Positions 1-13,000 of a DNA stretch of 64,000 nt are shown here, in pieces. Position numbers and translations under genes: made by a program. Under the pieces are notes generated by a model. It was not told where the DNA came from. It did not search any database and worked only from the letters and a program-made list of their open reading frames with translations. Location: NCBI RefSeq assembly GCF_964204645.1, contig NC_134034.1, forward strand, positions 3,427,814-3,491,813, read 5' to 3'. Numbering within the stretch: the stretch's first letter is position 1; every line of letters starts with the position of its first letter. The DNA comes from Tubulanus polymorphus. Its lineage: Eukaryota > Animalia > Nemertea.

Positions 1-653
1 TATTCATCATGAACTCGCTGGCCAGTTGTAAAATCTACGAGTTTCTGATGACGCTTGCGTGCAGCAATAGTTCATGGTTAATAGTGGCGGTATCTCTAGA
101 ACGAGCGGCAGTTGTGCTCTTCCCGCTGACATCTCGTTTGATATGTACACCCAGATTCGCTAGATTTACTACTTTGATAATTACTGCAGGGAATGCACTG
201 GTTCTATATTTCACGCCTGTTTTGTCGATACATTTCACCGACGAATTTTTCGGATGTTATCACGAATTACTCGATGAAATAAAGCTTTTCGTCATAATCG
301 TCGTCTACGTTTACCTTTCGCCGTTGATTTTGATTCTGACATTGAATTGCGTTATAATCGTTCAGTTGTTCAAAGGTTCGAAACTGGTTTCGTCCGATCA
401 GAAAACAACGAAATCTAAACGAACAACGATAATGTTGGTAACAGTTTCACTCGAATTTGCGATATTTACACTTCCTTCGACTATAACTGCGTTGTTACCG
501 ATCTCATCGGAACAAAAACATTCGTTGTACGACATTTTCGCGCAGTTTCAAATGTGTAACTTCGTCGTGAATTTCTACATGTATCTTTTGCTGGGACGAG
601 AAATTCGTGAATATTTCTTCTTGAAAATCCGCGGAAGAAATTCAGTCAAATAA
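1..653 (+). CDS. Rhodopsin-family (class A) peptide-receptor-like GPCR, 5'-partial (TM3-TM7)
   Basis: The frame is open from the window start. It has TM3 'SSWLIVAVSLERAAVVLFPL' (ERx), TM6 'TIMLVTVSLEFAIFTLP' and TM7 'NFVVNFYMYLLLGREIR'. Confidence 0.85.
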   Translation, partial: FIMNSLASCKIYEFLMTLACSNSSWLIVAVSLERAAVVLFPLTSRLICTPRFARFTTLIITAGNALVLYFTPVLSIHFTDEFFGCYHELLDEIKLFVIIVVYVYLSPLILILTLNCVIIVQLFKGSKLVSSDQKTTKSKRTTIMLVTVSLEFAIFTLPSTITALLPISSEQKHSLYDIFAQFQMCNFVVNFYMYLLLGREIREYFFLKIRGRNSVK

Positions 654-739
654 TCATCGATTTCAATTGTAATTCATTTCGAACAAATTTACCCGACATA
701 TTAAACAAAAGAAAATTAAGATCTAAAATCTATCATTCA

Positions 740-858
740 TTAATAATAATAATAATGATACTGATGGTGATGGTGATGGTGGTGGCGGTGGCGGTGGCGG
801 TGGCGGTGGCGGTGGCGATGGCGATGGCGATGACGATGACGATGACGATGACGATAAT
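740..858. repeat. Compound microsatellite (TAA)n-(GATGGT)n-(GGTGGC)n-(GATGGC)n-(GATGAC)n, the tail of the adjacent LINE
   Basis: Directly visible; it abuts the 3' end of the L2-type fragment on the minus strand. Confidence 0.85.
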
Positions 859-1200
859 AGAATTTATATAGCGCGATAATTCCATGCGAAAAAGCAAAGT
901 TCAAATGCGCTCCTTCAGGGTAACATCAAGGTATGCATGGAATAGTTGAGTTTTGATCATGGATTTGAATTCATTCAGCGTCAAGTTGAGAACAGTGAGT
1001 GTAGAGATCATGGTGTTCAAGGTTCGCGGTGCTTGTCTCGAAATAGATCTACTACCGAAATTAGCGAGGTCGAAGGAGGGTTCAACAAGTCTGAATCTTT
1101 CGGAGGATCGAAGAGAACGTGTTGGTTTGTAGTACTGAAATAGCTCGCTGATATACATTGGTGCACGATCTGTGAGGGCCTTAAAAGTCAACAGATTCAC
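859..1200 (-). mobile_element. L2/CR1-clade LINE 3' fragment (ORF2 C-terminus plus 3' end)
   Basis: The translation 'LLTFKALTDRAPMYISELF..YKPTRSLRSS..FGSRSISRQAP..EFKSMIKTQLF' matches the typical L2 ORF2 end. It is followed by the GCGCTATATAAAT terminal motif and a short-repeat tail. Confidence 0.8.
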
Positions 1201-1360
1201 TGATTGATGTTTAGACTATTCGATCAAATTACCAATAATTCACTGGACATTTCTCTTTTGGGTGGTCAATTAGGGATGGATCGAGCTTAGATTTAGATAT
1301 CATTCATAATGCTCGTTATAGTAAATCGTATAGAAACAAATTCGAATCGACCCAGTGCCC

Positions 1361-1478
1361 CTGGCCCAGTCTCATAAAAAGATTTATCTAACTCTTCGAT
1401 CGATTTAATTCCTTCATTGATTCAGTTTGATCTTGAATCGATTTAGGCCTTAATCTATTATTGTGATACTGGGCCCAG
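1361..1478. mobile_element. Small MITE-like inverted-repeat element
   Basis: Ends CTGGCCCAGTCTCATAAAAAGATT and AATCTATTATTGTGATACTGGGCCCAG are imperfect TIRs. Confidence 0.5.
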
Positions 1479-2095
1479 AATAACTGATATCATTCAGATG
1501 CGAAATAGTACGATTAATTTCGGAAATCTGTGGTTGGTACCGTATTTCTTTCTGCGGCGAGGCTGCGCACTTTTGTACCCTGGGTTCATTCAGAATGGGC
1601 AAAATATCCTACAAGGAAAAAATCGACGGTAACAACCGATAACAAGTAAAATCTAATATACCCGTTTAAAGATCATGATTACATCTTTATTGACGATTTA
1701 TTTTGGCTGATCATCTCACATTAGTCTAGAATCGACACGTCAAACTGTCTATATCGTACAACCATGTCTGCCGGTACATTCAGCAGATGCGCGCTAATCT
1801 AATTCACTATCGATATATGGAAACTCAAAATAACTTTATTGGAATTAACTTGGAATTATACAATTCATTTTATGATATTAATCGTCGACGATATTAAGCA
1901 ATTATTTTTCAAGATGTCGATACACCTTTAAGTTAGTTTTCTTGTTCACACTGCGCTCGGAAAAATTGTAACATTTCTGCAGCAATTAATCTAAACCTGA
2001 AATATTATTCTTTGTCGATATACGTATGTTTATTTATATATATATTCCGGTAAGCTTAATTGGGTAACGTAATACGTAACGGTGCAGTATCACAG

Positions 2096-3112
2096 ATGTC
2101 TAACGTAACCGAAGCGCGGTGCTACAACACTCCGTCATTCTATAAGCACCAGGCTAATTACCTGTACGGTATCGGGCCGATCGGAGTCGTTGGTACGGTC
2201 CTGAACATCATCTGCGCCCTGGTTCTTTATCGTTTGCAGACTCACTCGGCAGCGTACGCGACGCTATTCATTTTATCTCTCGCCGATATAGGGGTTTCGA
2301 TATCGACGTTTCTCTATCACGACATGGTTACTCTATCGAAACTGATCTATTACGCAGCGGCAATAGTATTCGAAGCCGACTTCGACGACGGCGCGTTCGT
2401 CATGTACGTTTTCGCCAACAACTGCTTGCAGCTGTTTTGGAGATGGCGAAATCTTTTAACGTTACTAATCTCTTTCGATCGTTTCATTCACGTGTACGCC
2501 CCTCTATGGTCGCGCAGAAATTGGAACGTTAAACACTGCATAATCTACGCCGTTTTGACATTTCTGAGCTTTTTGGGATTCCATCTGTTCTACGGATTTT
2601 ACGCTTTCGTACGTGTCCCGGTCACAAACCCTTGTTATCGCGGTAAAGTCTTGGAAAAGAAAGTTCGAATGTTACGAAGGGCAGATCTGATATTTGTCAT
2701 CAATATGATTCACCTTTACATTCCTTCAGCTTGTGTTACGATGTTTACCGTTCTACTCATTTGCAAGTTAGTAGATTACTCAAAACCCAAAGAAAAAGAA
2801 ATAGCAAAGGCGCATGGTAAAAAGTCAATCGATGTCCAGAGTACTTCGATGATAATTTCAGCCGCCATCTTATTCCTATTTTGCAATTGTGCGCAAATGG
2901 CGATTGATATGATAGATCGATTTCCTAATATCCTCGGCTCCACTAAACCGAGGGATAATGCAGGTTGGAGAATATTTTGGACGGACATATACTTGCTCAA
3001 TGAGTACTCGAATGCGATTAATTCCGCTATCAATTTCATCGTATATTGCGTAGTGAGTAAGAGATTCCGCTCCGCCGTATCTTGTCCTAAAATACTTAAT
3101 CGCGCAGCCTGA
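2096..3112 (+). CDS. FMRFamide-receptor-like class A GPCR, intronless CDS
   Basis: Seven hydrophobic segments, with 'LSLADI' (TM2), 'LISFDRFIHVYAPL' (DRF) and 'NSAINFIVYCVVSKRFR' (TM7/H8). The first ATG, at 2096, follows a CAG acceptor and begins MSNVT (N-glycosylation site). Confidence 0.9.
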   Translation: MSNVTEARCYNTPSFYKHQANYLYGIGPIGVVGTVLNIICALVLYRLQTHSAAYATLFILSLADIGVSISTFLYHDMVTLSKLIYYAAAIVFEADFDDGAFVMYVFANNCLQLFWRWRNLLTLLISFDRFIHVYAPLWSRRNWNVKHCIIYAVLTFLSFLGFHLFYGFYAFVRVPVTNPCYRGKVLEKKVRMLRRADLIFVINMIHLYIPSACVTMFTVLLICKLVDYSKPKEKEIAKAHGKKSIDVQSTSMIISAAILFLFCNCAQMAIDMIDRFPNILGSTKPRDNAGWRIFWTDIYLLNEYSNAINSAINFIVYCVVSKRFRSAVSCPKILNRAA

Positions 3113-4069
3113 GCAAAACGTCGAGAAGATTTTATAATGCAGGCGTTTAGAAAAATCCCGACGCCCCTACACTGTCCAGACGTTCGATCTTTCAATATTT
3201 GCAAAAACTCATAATACGACTGTTTGACTTCTACATCAATTCGACTTTATTACTTGATGTTCTTTCAGCCACTGGAAGTCGAAATTGGTTGTATAGAAAC
3301 TGCTTATTTCCAATTAAGCCCAAATGCGTATGTGGCACCTCAACTCAAATATCGACGAGCCTCCGAGCGTCAAATACACGTTCACCCAAAAAAAAAAAAA
3401 AACTAAAGCTTACAGATGACTTAGTGATTTAAATATGTTTATCATAATCGGATAAAATGTTTGATAATTGAGAAACAAATATAATTCTATTCGTTATAGT
3501 ATTATATACTACAAACACTATAGAAGATGATTATTCTGAAACAAATCGAAAAATGAAACGAGTATTATTTGATGGTTACAGAAGTCAAGATGGTATTTCG
3601 GATCAAGTATAAAAATATGGTAAATATGGTATTTCTGCGGGTATCGATCCGCAGTCCGGAACCACACCTGCAGGCAATTAATAAAGGCCAGACACTCTTC
3701 GAAAAAGTGTGTTCATTAAATGTATAATGTTAGTTCCCTTTAGCTGATTCCCAAATTAAACATGATAGAGTTCTGAACAGTGTATAGTGCAGGGATCAGT
3801 TTTTTCAAATGTGCTTAAATGTGTAATGCCCGGTGTTTTAGAACATTTTCGATTAAAAGTATCTCGGCTAAGTTCTGACCAGGAGAAGTCTGGATGATCA
3901 CAAATCGGACAAACCGGCACGATAATGTCTAACGTGTGCAGGCTGCAGAATGACGCCGCCAGGTTAAAGTTGAAAACGGTTTATAGAACTGGCCCTGTTA
4001 TTTTCTAAATCGATTTTTCTAAGATGATTTTTCGTTATCAATGGTTAGCTTCAACGGGGGGTCGTGTTT

Positions 4070-7000
4070 TCATTTCTCCACCAATCCTCGCGCTTCTCCG
4101 CTGTTTCTCATCTGAAATTGATAAGGTTCGATCAATAAACCGTTCAGATATTCAAGCAAAGCGTTGGATTGCCGTGCAAAGTGTCGTTTAATCACTCCAT
4201 AGCCTAAAATTGGGTATAATGATGGCAAAACTGCTAATTTCTGATGGGTGCGGGGTCCAAGCTACCAGTTGAAACCTGCATCACGCTAAATGTATCATGT
4301 TTCGCGAGGATCTTGTAGGTTTTTTTATTCAAATTCGTTTGATACCAAAGTTTGAGATGACGATGGGTAGACGTCATGAACAGATATGATATCGGTGCAC
4401 CACCAGGTGGCAGGACTATAGGTCTGTAATATAGTAGAAATTAGTTCAGTTTCATCTGGTATTTCGAATCCAACATATTGGGCTCGACTATAGTCGAACT
4501 AAACGAGGGGAATGTCAGTTTCAGTCGGAACGTGTTCTTTGATGGCCGATTGATGTACCACAAGAAAAAGATTCTTGAATATGAATTTTTAATGCACACA
4601 TGACCGAGTCGTACGAGCGACAACTGGTTGGTTGTAATCAGCGACACCTGGTGGAACCATTTTTTTCACAAGGCCGCTGCTACTGGTCATATATTGATTA
4701 CCTTGTCGAGTTCGGTTTTGGTTTCTTCCTCCAGTTTACGAATATCCTCGATTGTCAGTCCGTGCCACGAGTCTGTCCAGCAGTGAACCCTTCGGAAAAA
4801 TTGGGTAAATCCCCTAAACAATGCCTGTTAATTAAAGAAAAGCGAAAGGATGATAGATCTTAATGTAGTGTATTTAGTGAAACCCTCCGTGGCGCTGACC
4901 TACATTTTCGTAATCTCAGCGAGACTGATTACGCAATTGAAATATATAATGACACATCAGCGCCACCTGTCGTATGATAACAGCATAACTATAGAAATTG
5001 ACTGAGGGCCACCCGCTGCTTGATTTCGGCAAGACTAATCATGAGAAATTCAACACAAACTGTTGGAAAACACAATCGTTGGTAAGATTGTGGCGATTGT
5101 GAATTACGTGGTTAAAATGCGATTAATGAGTTTTGCTTTCGATCGCGTTCAACGGGCAGCTCTGTCTGGTATGAACAGAAACGGCTCTATTCCACAGATC
5201 GTGAAACTTACTTTCTTTATTAGAGATTCAACTTTCGGTTGCAATCCGAACCATTTGAACTTGTACGAGCACAGTTTGTACACACACATCGTCGGCATGG
5301 AATCCTGCAAATCAAAATATGAACAAAATTCCCATCGTTTTCATTTCTTGTGTTATTCTCCCCCATGAAACTACTGATTCACTTCACGGATATTTCGCGA
5401 GAGAAATAACACTATGAATCTACGTATTTGAACAGGAAATACTACAATATTTACAATATATCGATAATGACGAATTTTCCATGATTGGCTGGCTGACTAA
5501 TAAGTACATAAGTTAGCTAGCTATAGAACCAAAATGTGCATTTATGCCGGTTTTAAAGTTGTTTAATTATCCATAAAACTGAAAGAGAGTCAGAATTAGT
5601 CCATGTTTCATTCATTTCGACCCGGTTATCAAATTCCTAACTGAAGGAGGAGCTGGGGTCGGATTCTGAGATTATTTCAAAACGGGACATCTTCGGGCGT
5701 TAGATTCGCAACATCGCCGACTCGATTGTGCGTCAGAGAGTTTCGCCATCAAAAAGTAAAATATCAACGTCGTTAATAAATAAAAATCCACAGTAGATTT
5801 GTGGAAAAAGTTTATTTTCTAACCGGTTCGAGGTTAATCGCAAACCTCATCTACAGAGTAATTAAAATAATAAAAATAAGGTTTAGAATTAACCTCGAAA
5901 CCGTTAGAAAACAAACTTTTTCTACAAATCTACTGTGGGTCGTTATTCGTTAAACATACTGAAATTTATATCAGTTCACTATAGTCATCAATGTCATTAT
6001 CGGTGGACAGACTCCGCAAATATTCGATACTTGTAGATGTACAATCGAACGCACCGCTAAATGTCACCGTAACGCCGACCGTACAGGGGTGACGTGTACA
6101 CGCAATTCCGGTCAGGTGTATTGACAACTGGTCACCTGAAGTTTCAACCAGCTCACTATAGAATCAGGGATAAAGATAAACAGTTTTTGAAATAAGAAAA
6201 ATAAACAACGTTTTTCCATTTTAGCATTGCAAAGCTTTTAAAGGTCGCTAAGGTAGGCATCCGATAATAGTGTGTGAGCGAATAAGGATAAAAAGGAGAA
6301 GAGTAAGAAGGAAACTGATTCCAGCGTTTGAGAGAACTCTTAGAGAAAGTAAAATAAGTGTGCACGTGATCATCGACTCATTATGATTCGAATGCATTTT
6401 TGGAGAAGGCCATTTTGCATGATGTGAAGGGTTCGAAAGTGAACGGATCTAAGGTTAATTACGAAAGGCCTCTTATAATGGTTTCTTTTCTCTTTCGTCG
6501 TCACATGGGACGTGGCAATGTAATCCGATATGCTTTGGCGTGGTCACTTGACAAGTGATACCTAACCTACTCACCGAATTTCCAATAGATGGCAAACTAG
6601 GAGTTTTTTCAAATGAAGACGTGACCTACTTTTGACCTCAAGATTTGGGTCACAGATTACTCCACATTCAAACTTTGTATACCAAACATTTTCTGATAGC
6701 TCTTACTACTATTGGCAGATGTTAGTTTTATGGGTCTTTATTCATCGAAGACGTATTCGGATCGATTTTGAAATTAAACTCAACACAAATAATGATTTAT
6801 TCCCCACCTTGAATTCATAATCGGCAAAATAGTCCCACGCAAAAGGGAAATATCAAAGTTCGCCTTCGACGGAAAGTGATGTCGCGTCACTAAAAGCCGT
6901 CGGTCAAGCTGGGCGTGGCGTGCAGATGATCAGTAGTTGACCGCATTACTTCCGGCTGAAGATTCGTTTCGTTTCGGCTCTGAATCTGTCGTTCGTTAAA

Positions 7001-10000
7001 CAATACAGAAAGTAATTGACGCTCGAGGCTAGAGGGGTCAGCACGTCGGTACCGAATTTCGATATGGTTTCAATGACTGCGGCTACGTTTGAATTCGGCG
7101 GCGTGAGTCTTACGAATTTCACTAGTAGGTTTATATACGGTTTCAGCGAAGTGGCCGACTGCAAAACGAGGAACGAAACGACGACGGCGATTGCCATTTT
7201 AGTGGCTTCGCGGTCGATGTTTCGGTGTTTGGAATAACGCGTCAGATTCGCGCGATTTTTGCCGACGTTGCGAAGCACGAAAATGAGAATCGCATCGAGC
7301 GCGAGTAGCAACAAAACCGGTAGTACATTCGTGAACAGAGACGTAAACATCGATTGGGCTTTGCGATAGAGTTTTGCAGTTGGTGATAACTTTGTTCTGT
7401 GCAATATTCTGACGCGAATCCCCGAGCATACTTCCGTGGCGTGACCAAAATTGCCAACACGTAACATCAAAGCAATCCCGAAAAAAGCGAATACAACGTA
7501 TTTCAGGAATATACACGCGGATATACGTGGTTTAGTTATCTGGGCCTGCGCGAACAGCGGGAAAGCGATGCCTATTACCCGTTCGGTCGCTATCAGCACC
7601 GTCATCCAGTTCCTCGTCAGTTTAATCGAATTGTCCATTAAATGCATCGCGAAATAAAGCTCGTAAAAACCGACGAATCGTTCGTTTTTCCGCGGATTTC
7701 GTTCGAGATAGCGTCGAAGCGTCGCTCCGTAGACCGCGACGTTCAGCAGATGACGTAGGAACTCGCGAAAGAACTTCGAAACGAGAAACGAAATATCGGC
7801 GACGGCTAACGCTTTCAGCAGGAAAATCGACCTGTGTTGCGACGACTGACGTTTCAGGATCGTTATGTTCAGACTATTCAGGAAAATACCGACAACGATG
7901 ATAATCGGCAGAAGGATGAGTCTTCGTACAAAAGCGCTCGAAATTTGAAGTTCATTACCGCATAATCGACCGGTATTGTTCGACATAGCTGTTACGCGGA
8001 CAATAGGTAATTTGTCGTGGACGCAACACGGGGAATCGGAATACATTCGCCTAATATAATATGCGTTTCCCATCAAAGTGAAAATAGGCAGATCATATAA
8101 ACATATATTGTCTCGGGGGTATGATTAAACCCGCGCAATAGGAAGGAATAGATTCAGTTTAATGAAGTTGCAGATTTTAGGAGGAAAATCAACAGTCTAG
8201 GCAAACCTCGGTTATCGTAGTTAGTCGACCATAGTCGAACTAAATGAAACCGAATGTCCGTTAGTCGGAACTATGGTCCGGAAATGGTCGACCACAGGAT
8301 TCAGCGCGGTCGCTGTATTTCCGACCCATTTCCAAGATGGGCGACACTGTGAAACACGTTACGACCGAATTACAGTGCGTTCGGTTATAGTTCCGACCAT
8401 TAGTCGACTAGCTACGGAAACCGAAGTTGGCCCTAGTAGCTACGTATACGTGGGGGTTAGATATGTTCGCAAACGGACACAACACATTGTCCTTTAAACC
8501 CGACGTGCACGACGCAAGACAACACGGAACAATGAGAGTGAGAAATGTTTCTGAGCGTTTCTTCGTGTCGTTTGCGTTTTAGGGAAACGGCAAACATAGT
8601 TTCGGGAACATTCTGGGATCAAACAAATTTGATTCCCTATTTCTATGTTTCCGTGTTCCTTGCGTCGTGTGCGTTGGCCTTTACAATTCTCAGTCCAAGA
8701 CATCTGACCATTGGGGCGCACTCTTATTTTATTTTTGATAAATTTTGATAATCTTTTTTTTGAGAGGATGTCATCCTCGCTTGCCAGGGGTCCGGTATCA
8801 CTCCCGAACTCGCTGCCACCAGCCCCCTGGCCTCACGAAGCGTGATTTCATTACTGGCGCTGTTGCGCATGACGTCATATATCGATTTGCGAAATACTTC
8901 CTTGTTCAGTGAAACGTTCGCTGATTGGTCCATTTAACGACTCCAACGACTCGTGAGGTCAAGATGTTCGGGGAACAGTTTTAGCGTAGTGGGTTCGAAT
9001 CCCTTGACGGGTGAAGATGAGAGGATGTGTGCTACGTTATTTATAAATTAGGGCTAGACTGGTTGCCGGTCAATTCAATTCAATTCAATTATATATCGAT
9101 ATATTCAAAAGCAAAATCATTTCACTGATCCTTGCTGTCATATGATTTATAATATATTTCGTAATACAACTGTGTTATTTTCAAGGCGTCAATACAATTC
9201 CAAAGTTAGTTTTCTTGTTATTGTTAATCATTACGTTTGACCATAAATAGGACGTCAACATTTGATAAAAACACGTAGCGCTGTATAACCTAGAATAAAC
9301 AAGCGTACTATAAGAGGGTGCATTTCTGGTACCGGTAATACTCACCTGCCAACCTGTGGCTAACGGACCGCGTCCAGTCGTCTTAGAATGATAAAAAGTT
9401 GGATCCTCTTCTTTCTTATAATCCTGAAAATTAAAGCCACATTCAGTAACGGGCTATTTCAATTCAAACTAAATTGTATTTCAAAGAGCCCCTGCACAAT
9501 GTGCAGGACAAAACAGGTACCGATATGTGCAAGGCGATTGTTTGGTTTTAGAGAATTCTAGTTGTGGAGATTAAGGATCCGCCGTGTGTGAGGATCCGAC
9601 ACTCAGGTGTCGTCAGTAGCTATTCGGTTATCCGTGTTTATTAATTTCCCTTCTACATTTCGATTTAAATCGACTCTTTAAGATAATATCTATACTATAC
9701 GCTATACTTGAAGAGTGCATTAAATGGGTTCGTTCGATGATATTTAAAATCGGGAGCCTAAAGTTCCAGTTTAAAGTTAAATGATGCAAGTGAACTAGCT
9801 CTACAAGTCCTGTATTCAGGTGGGAAAGCGCTGATGTTATACCAAGTGCCCTGGGTGAAATGAAAATTGCATGAACTTACATTTGGTTGAACCAAGCTAT
9901 TGTTGGCAATATCGATGTCGACTATTTCTCTTTTGCCGATGAATTCATCTGGTATTTCGAAGACCTACAAAATTGTTATAAAAAAATGGGGATGTTTAAG

Positions 10001-13000
10001 TATAGGCGAATGAAGATAACTCCAAAATCAATTCAAATAGGACTTGCTTAGCTGATAAGACCGAAATCAAGGGACACAAACAAATCACCAGAATCGGCTC
10101 AAAATAATGACTGCCCATTTGCACGAATAACTCATCGGCTCAAGGGACAGTAGCCGCGATCACACGAGCATTTTTGGCACGGCCTAATTTGGCCCGGAAC
10201 AACTGTTTACACGGGTGCCAAATGGGCCCCAGCCTGTTTGGCCCGGGCCAAATTTGGCCCGACCAAAAAGTCGGACCAGGCCCGAGCCATCTATGACAAA
10301 TTATATTGCGTTTGAATTGCAACTGGCACCGGAAATGATCCACTTCGCTTTGTTTGAGCATTGTTTAGTATCGAGTGAATGGCCCGAGCCTGATCCGTGC
10401 TAATTTGGCCCGGACCAAATCGTCTCCGTGTGATCGCGGCTATTGATTGGCTCGAAATTAAACTCAAACAACTGACTAGTCAGCTACAAAAGAAATCTAG
10501 CGGGTTCAAGCGTGTGATCTGTGTGCATTTGTGGCCAGCACACAGATCACATTGTTCATTGGGGTTTGGTCCAGGACTCGCGAGATTTTCAAACAACACG
10601 GAAGTAACGTGTAATAAATGATGACTTGAATTGCATGACTACCTACCACCCCTCATTATTGTTGGAAAACTAAACGTTCGGCACTGACTAAAAATTAGTA
10701 ATAACATTTTAGAAATGGCCAGAATTTTAACTTAGGTTCTATCTCATTTTTATTTTACAATTGCGATTGGTACAATTTTTTTTAAACGGCCGTTAAGGCT
10801 TCATGTTTCGTCTGCAATTCACTGCAAATAGTTACGCAACTACGCACATTTCAGTGTTTTTGGCAGCTGTACACTCAATCGGCACCGTTCGTGACTAGCT
10901 TCACTGCGGAATTATCATTAATTAACATCGCCATATCACATCATCAACTTATATTGTGCCTTAAAACCCTTACAGCCGAAATAATTGAAATGTACACACG
11001 ATTTCTATCATTGAAAATTGAGAGAGTGGCCATGTTTGTGTTTGCTGCTTCGCGTAAATCCCGCGCGGTGGCGCAACCGCGCGGAGTGGGGCCGATACGT
11101 CTAGTCCTAGACTCAGTCCGATTAGTCGAAGGCACAAGTGACTCAGGTAAACTACAGCGTCAGCTCAAAAGGAGTCTTTTATTGATGAAAAGGTAATTCT
11201 AAACTAGTAACCTAAATTAATAAGTTAACAGGAACGCAGCTTAAAGTAACTAAGATAAGAAGACACGCGAGACCAATGCTGATGATTACAATGACCCATA
11301 CGATGAGACATGTTTGAGAAACCGGATTCAGGGACCAAGGACCGAGATTAATATACGTTATTAAGAAGGAAACTTACATTTTCTTTAGTACCGTCGTCGT
11401 TATCGAAGTGAAGAGTATCGACGATGAACAAGAAACCGTCCTTCATGTACGGATTCTGCAACAATACGTGAAAGTCTAAATGAATGATGCATTGATTTTG
11501 TAATCGACTTTTGCCTTATCTTATGTGAATACCAGTACGACATGAAAAATGTAAATCGCTTGCACTATGCCTGAATGAGATTAATGTAACTCCCGAAACA
11601 GTTCAATCGCTACAATGAATATATTTACTCACTAGAAAATGGGATCCGTGCTGTTTTTGCTGCTATGGATTATAAACGATCTGAATTCGCTCCCAAATAT
11701 CTACTTCCTAATTCCCTCAACTTCCCTCAACCTTGGGCGCCATTCGGGGCCTCTTAAAACCCATTGAGCGTCTAGCAGGTTCGACGTTTCTCGTATCCTC
11801 CGACCGACTGAGTGCCATTCGGGGTATTATCAGCAGACCCAAGGGTTCTTCCCAAATAAAGGGAAGCTTTATATAAGACACCATCGACCAATCAGTTAGG
11901 GGCTCTTGCTACCAATCAAACCAATGAAACCTTGTTTGACGGGACCAGTTTTGGAGTGACACACCGCTACTACCGGGGTTCGGGCCCTTCAAATACGGAT
12001 TAACGAAAGATCTGTCGATATCTGAAATCTCCCGAGGGAGAATGCATGGGTGGAAAATTGATTGAACGCAAATAATACCGAAAGCGATGTTTTGCATTTT
12101 GGGTATGCGTTCCAGGCCTCTTCGAGTATTTCAAGCGAACCCGTAGGAGCCAACGTTCGAATAAAACGCGGTACTTTCCTGAAACGATAGAAAGATTTGC
12201 AAATATAAAATCAAAGTGGGAAAACACGCGATTCTAAGACTGCAATAAATAATTCAGGGTCTTTGGTAAATAAGGTTTCGTTTGATAATGTTATCTAACA
12301 GAACCCACTAGTTTTTTCATCCCCATGATTACGATATATGTTATATTTGGTTAGTCATCAGCTCTGACCGTTAAATCGCAATGATAGTTTCTATATCCTC
12401 TTTATAACGTATATGTAAAATATATTATGTATGCGAGCACCAATTCAATACAATAATATAACAATAATTCAACACCTTGTAGTCCTATTTTCGGTCTTAA
12501 TTCCCGGTGTTCAACTAAAAGAACCGGAATGAAAAGTATTCGTTAACCGAAAGTTCGTTAGTTTTCATTTATCTTCAATCTTTAATCATATCTTTCGGTT
12601 TTTCAACCGTTTGTCTGACATTATTGTCGACGAACCGCGAATTCTAAGTTATCATGTCCTAACAACATTTGAAAAAGTTCTAAAAACCTTCAAAAAACGG
12701 TCACACGCCATCCTCCCTCGGCGGGGATTCGAACCTGATGGCATTGCTACACTCAGCCGCGGCACGAACCCCTGCCGCAGTAGACCGTGTGCGCAGGTAC
12801 ATGCGCAGCTTTGCCACACGAAAACTTGCGGCACCAATCAGATTGCTCGTTGTATAATCGCTGAGACAAATTTGGCACGGACGAACTATAAATTTGAAAA
12901 CCCGGTTTAAAATAAAACGGGATATCTGATTGGCTAATAATGACATCATCTAAGCTGCGCGTGTAGCTGCGCACACGGTCTAATGCGGCAGGGTTTCGTA

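Noticed and set aside
11090-12000. Possible solo LTR or other retroelement debris in PITP introns
   Set aside because: PolyA-, TATA- and CCAAT-like motifs are present, but no definable termini or TSD.
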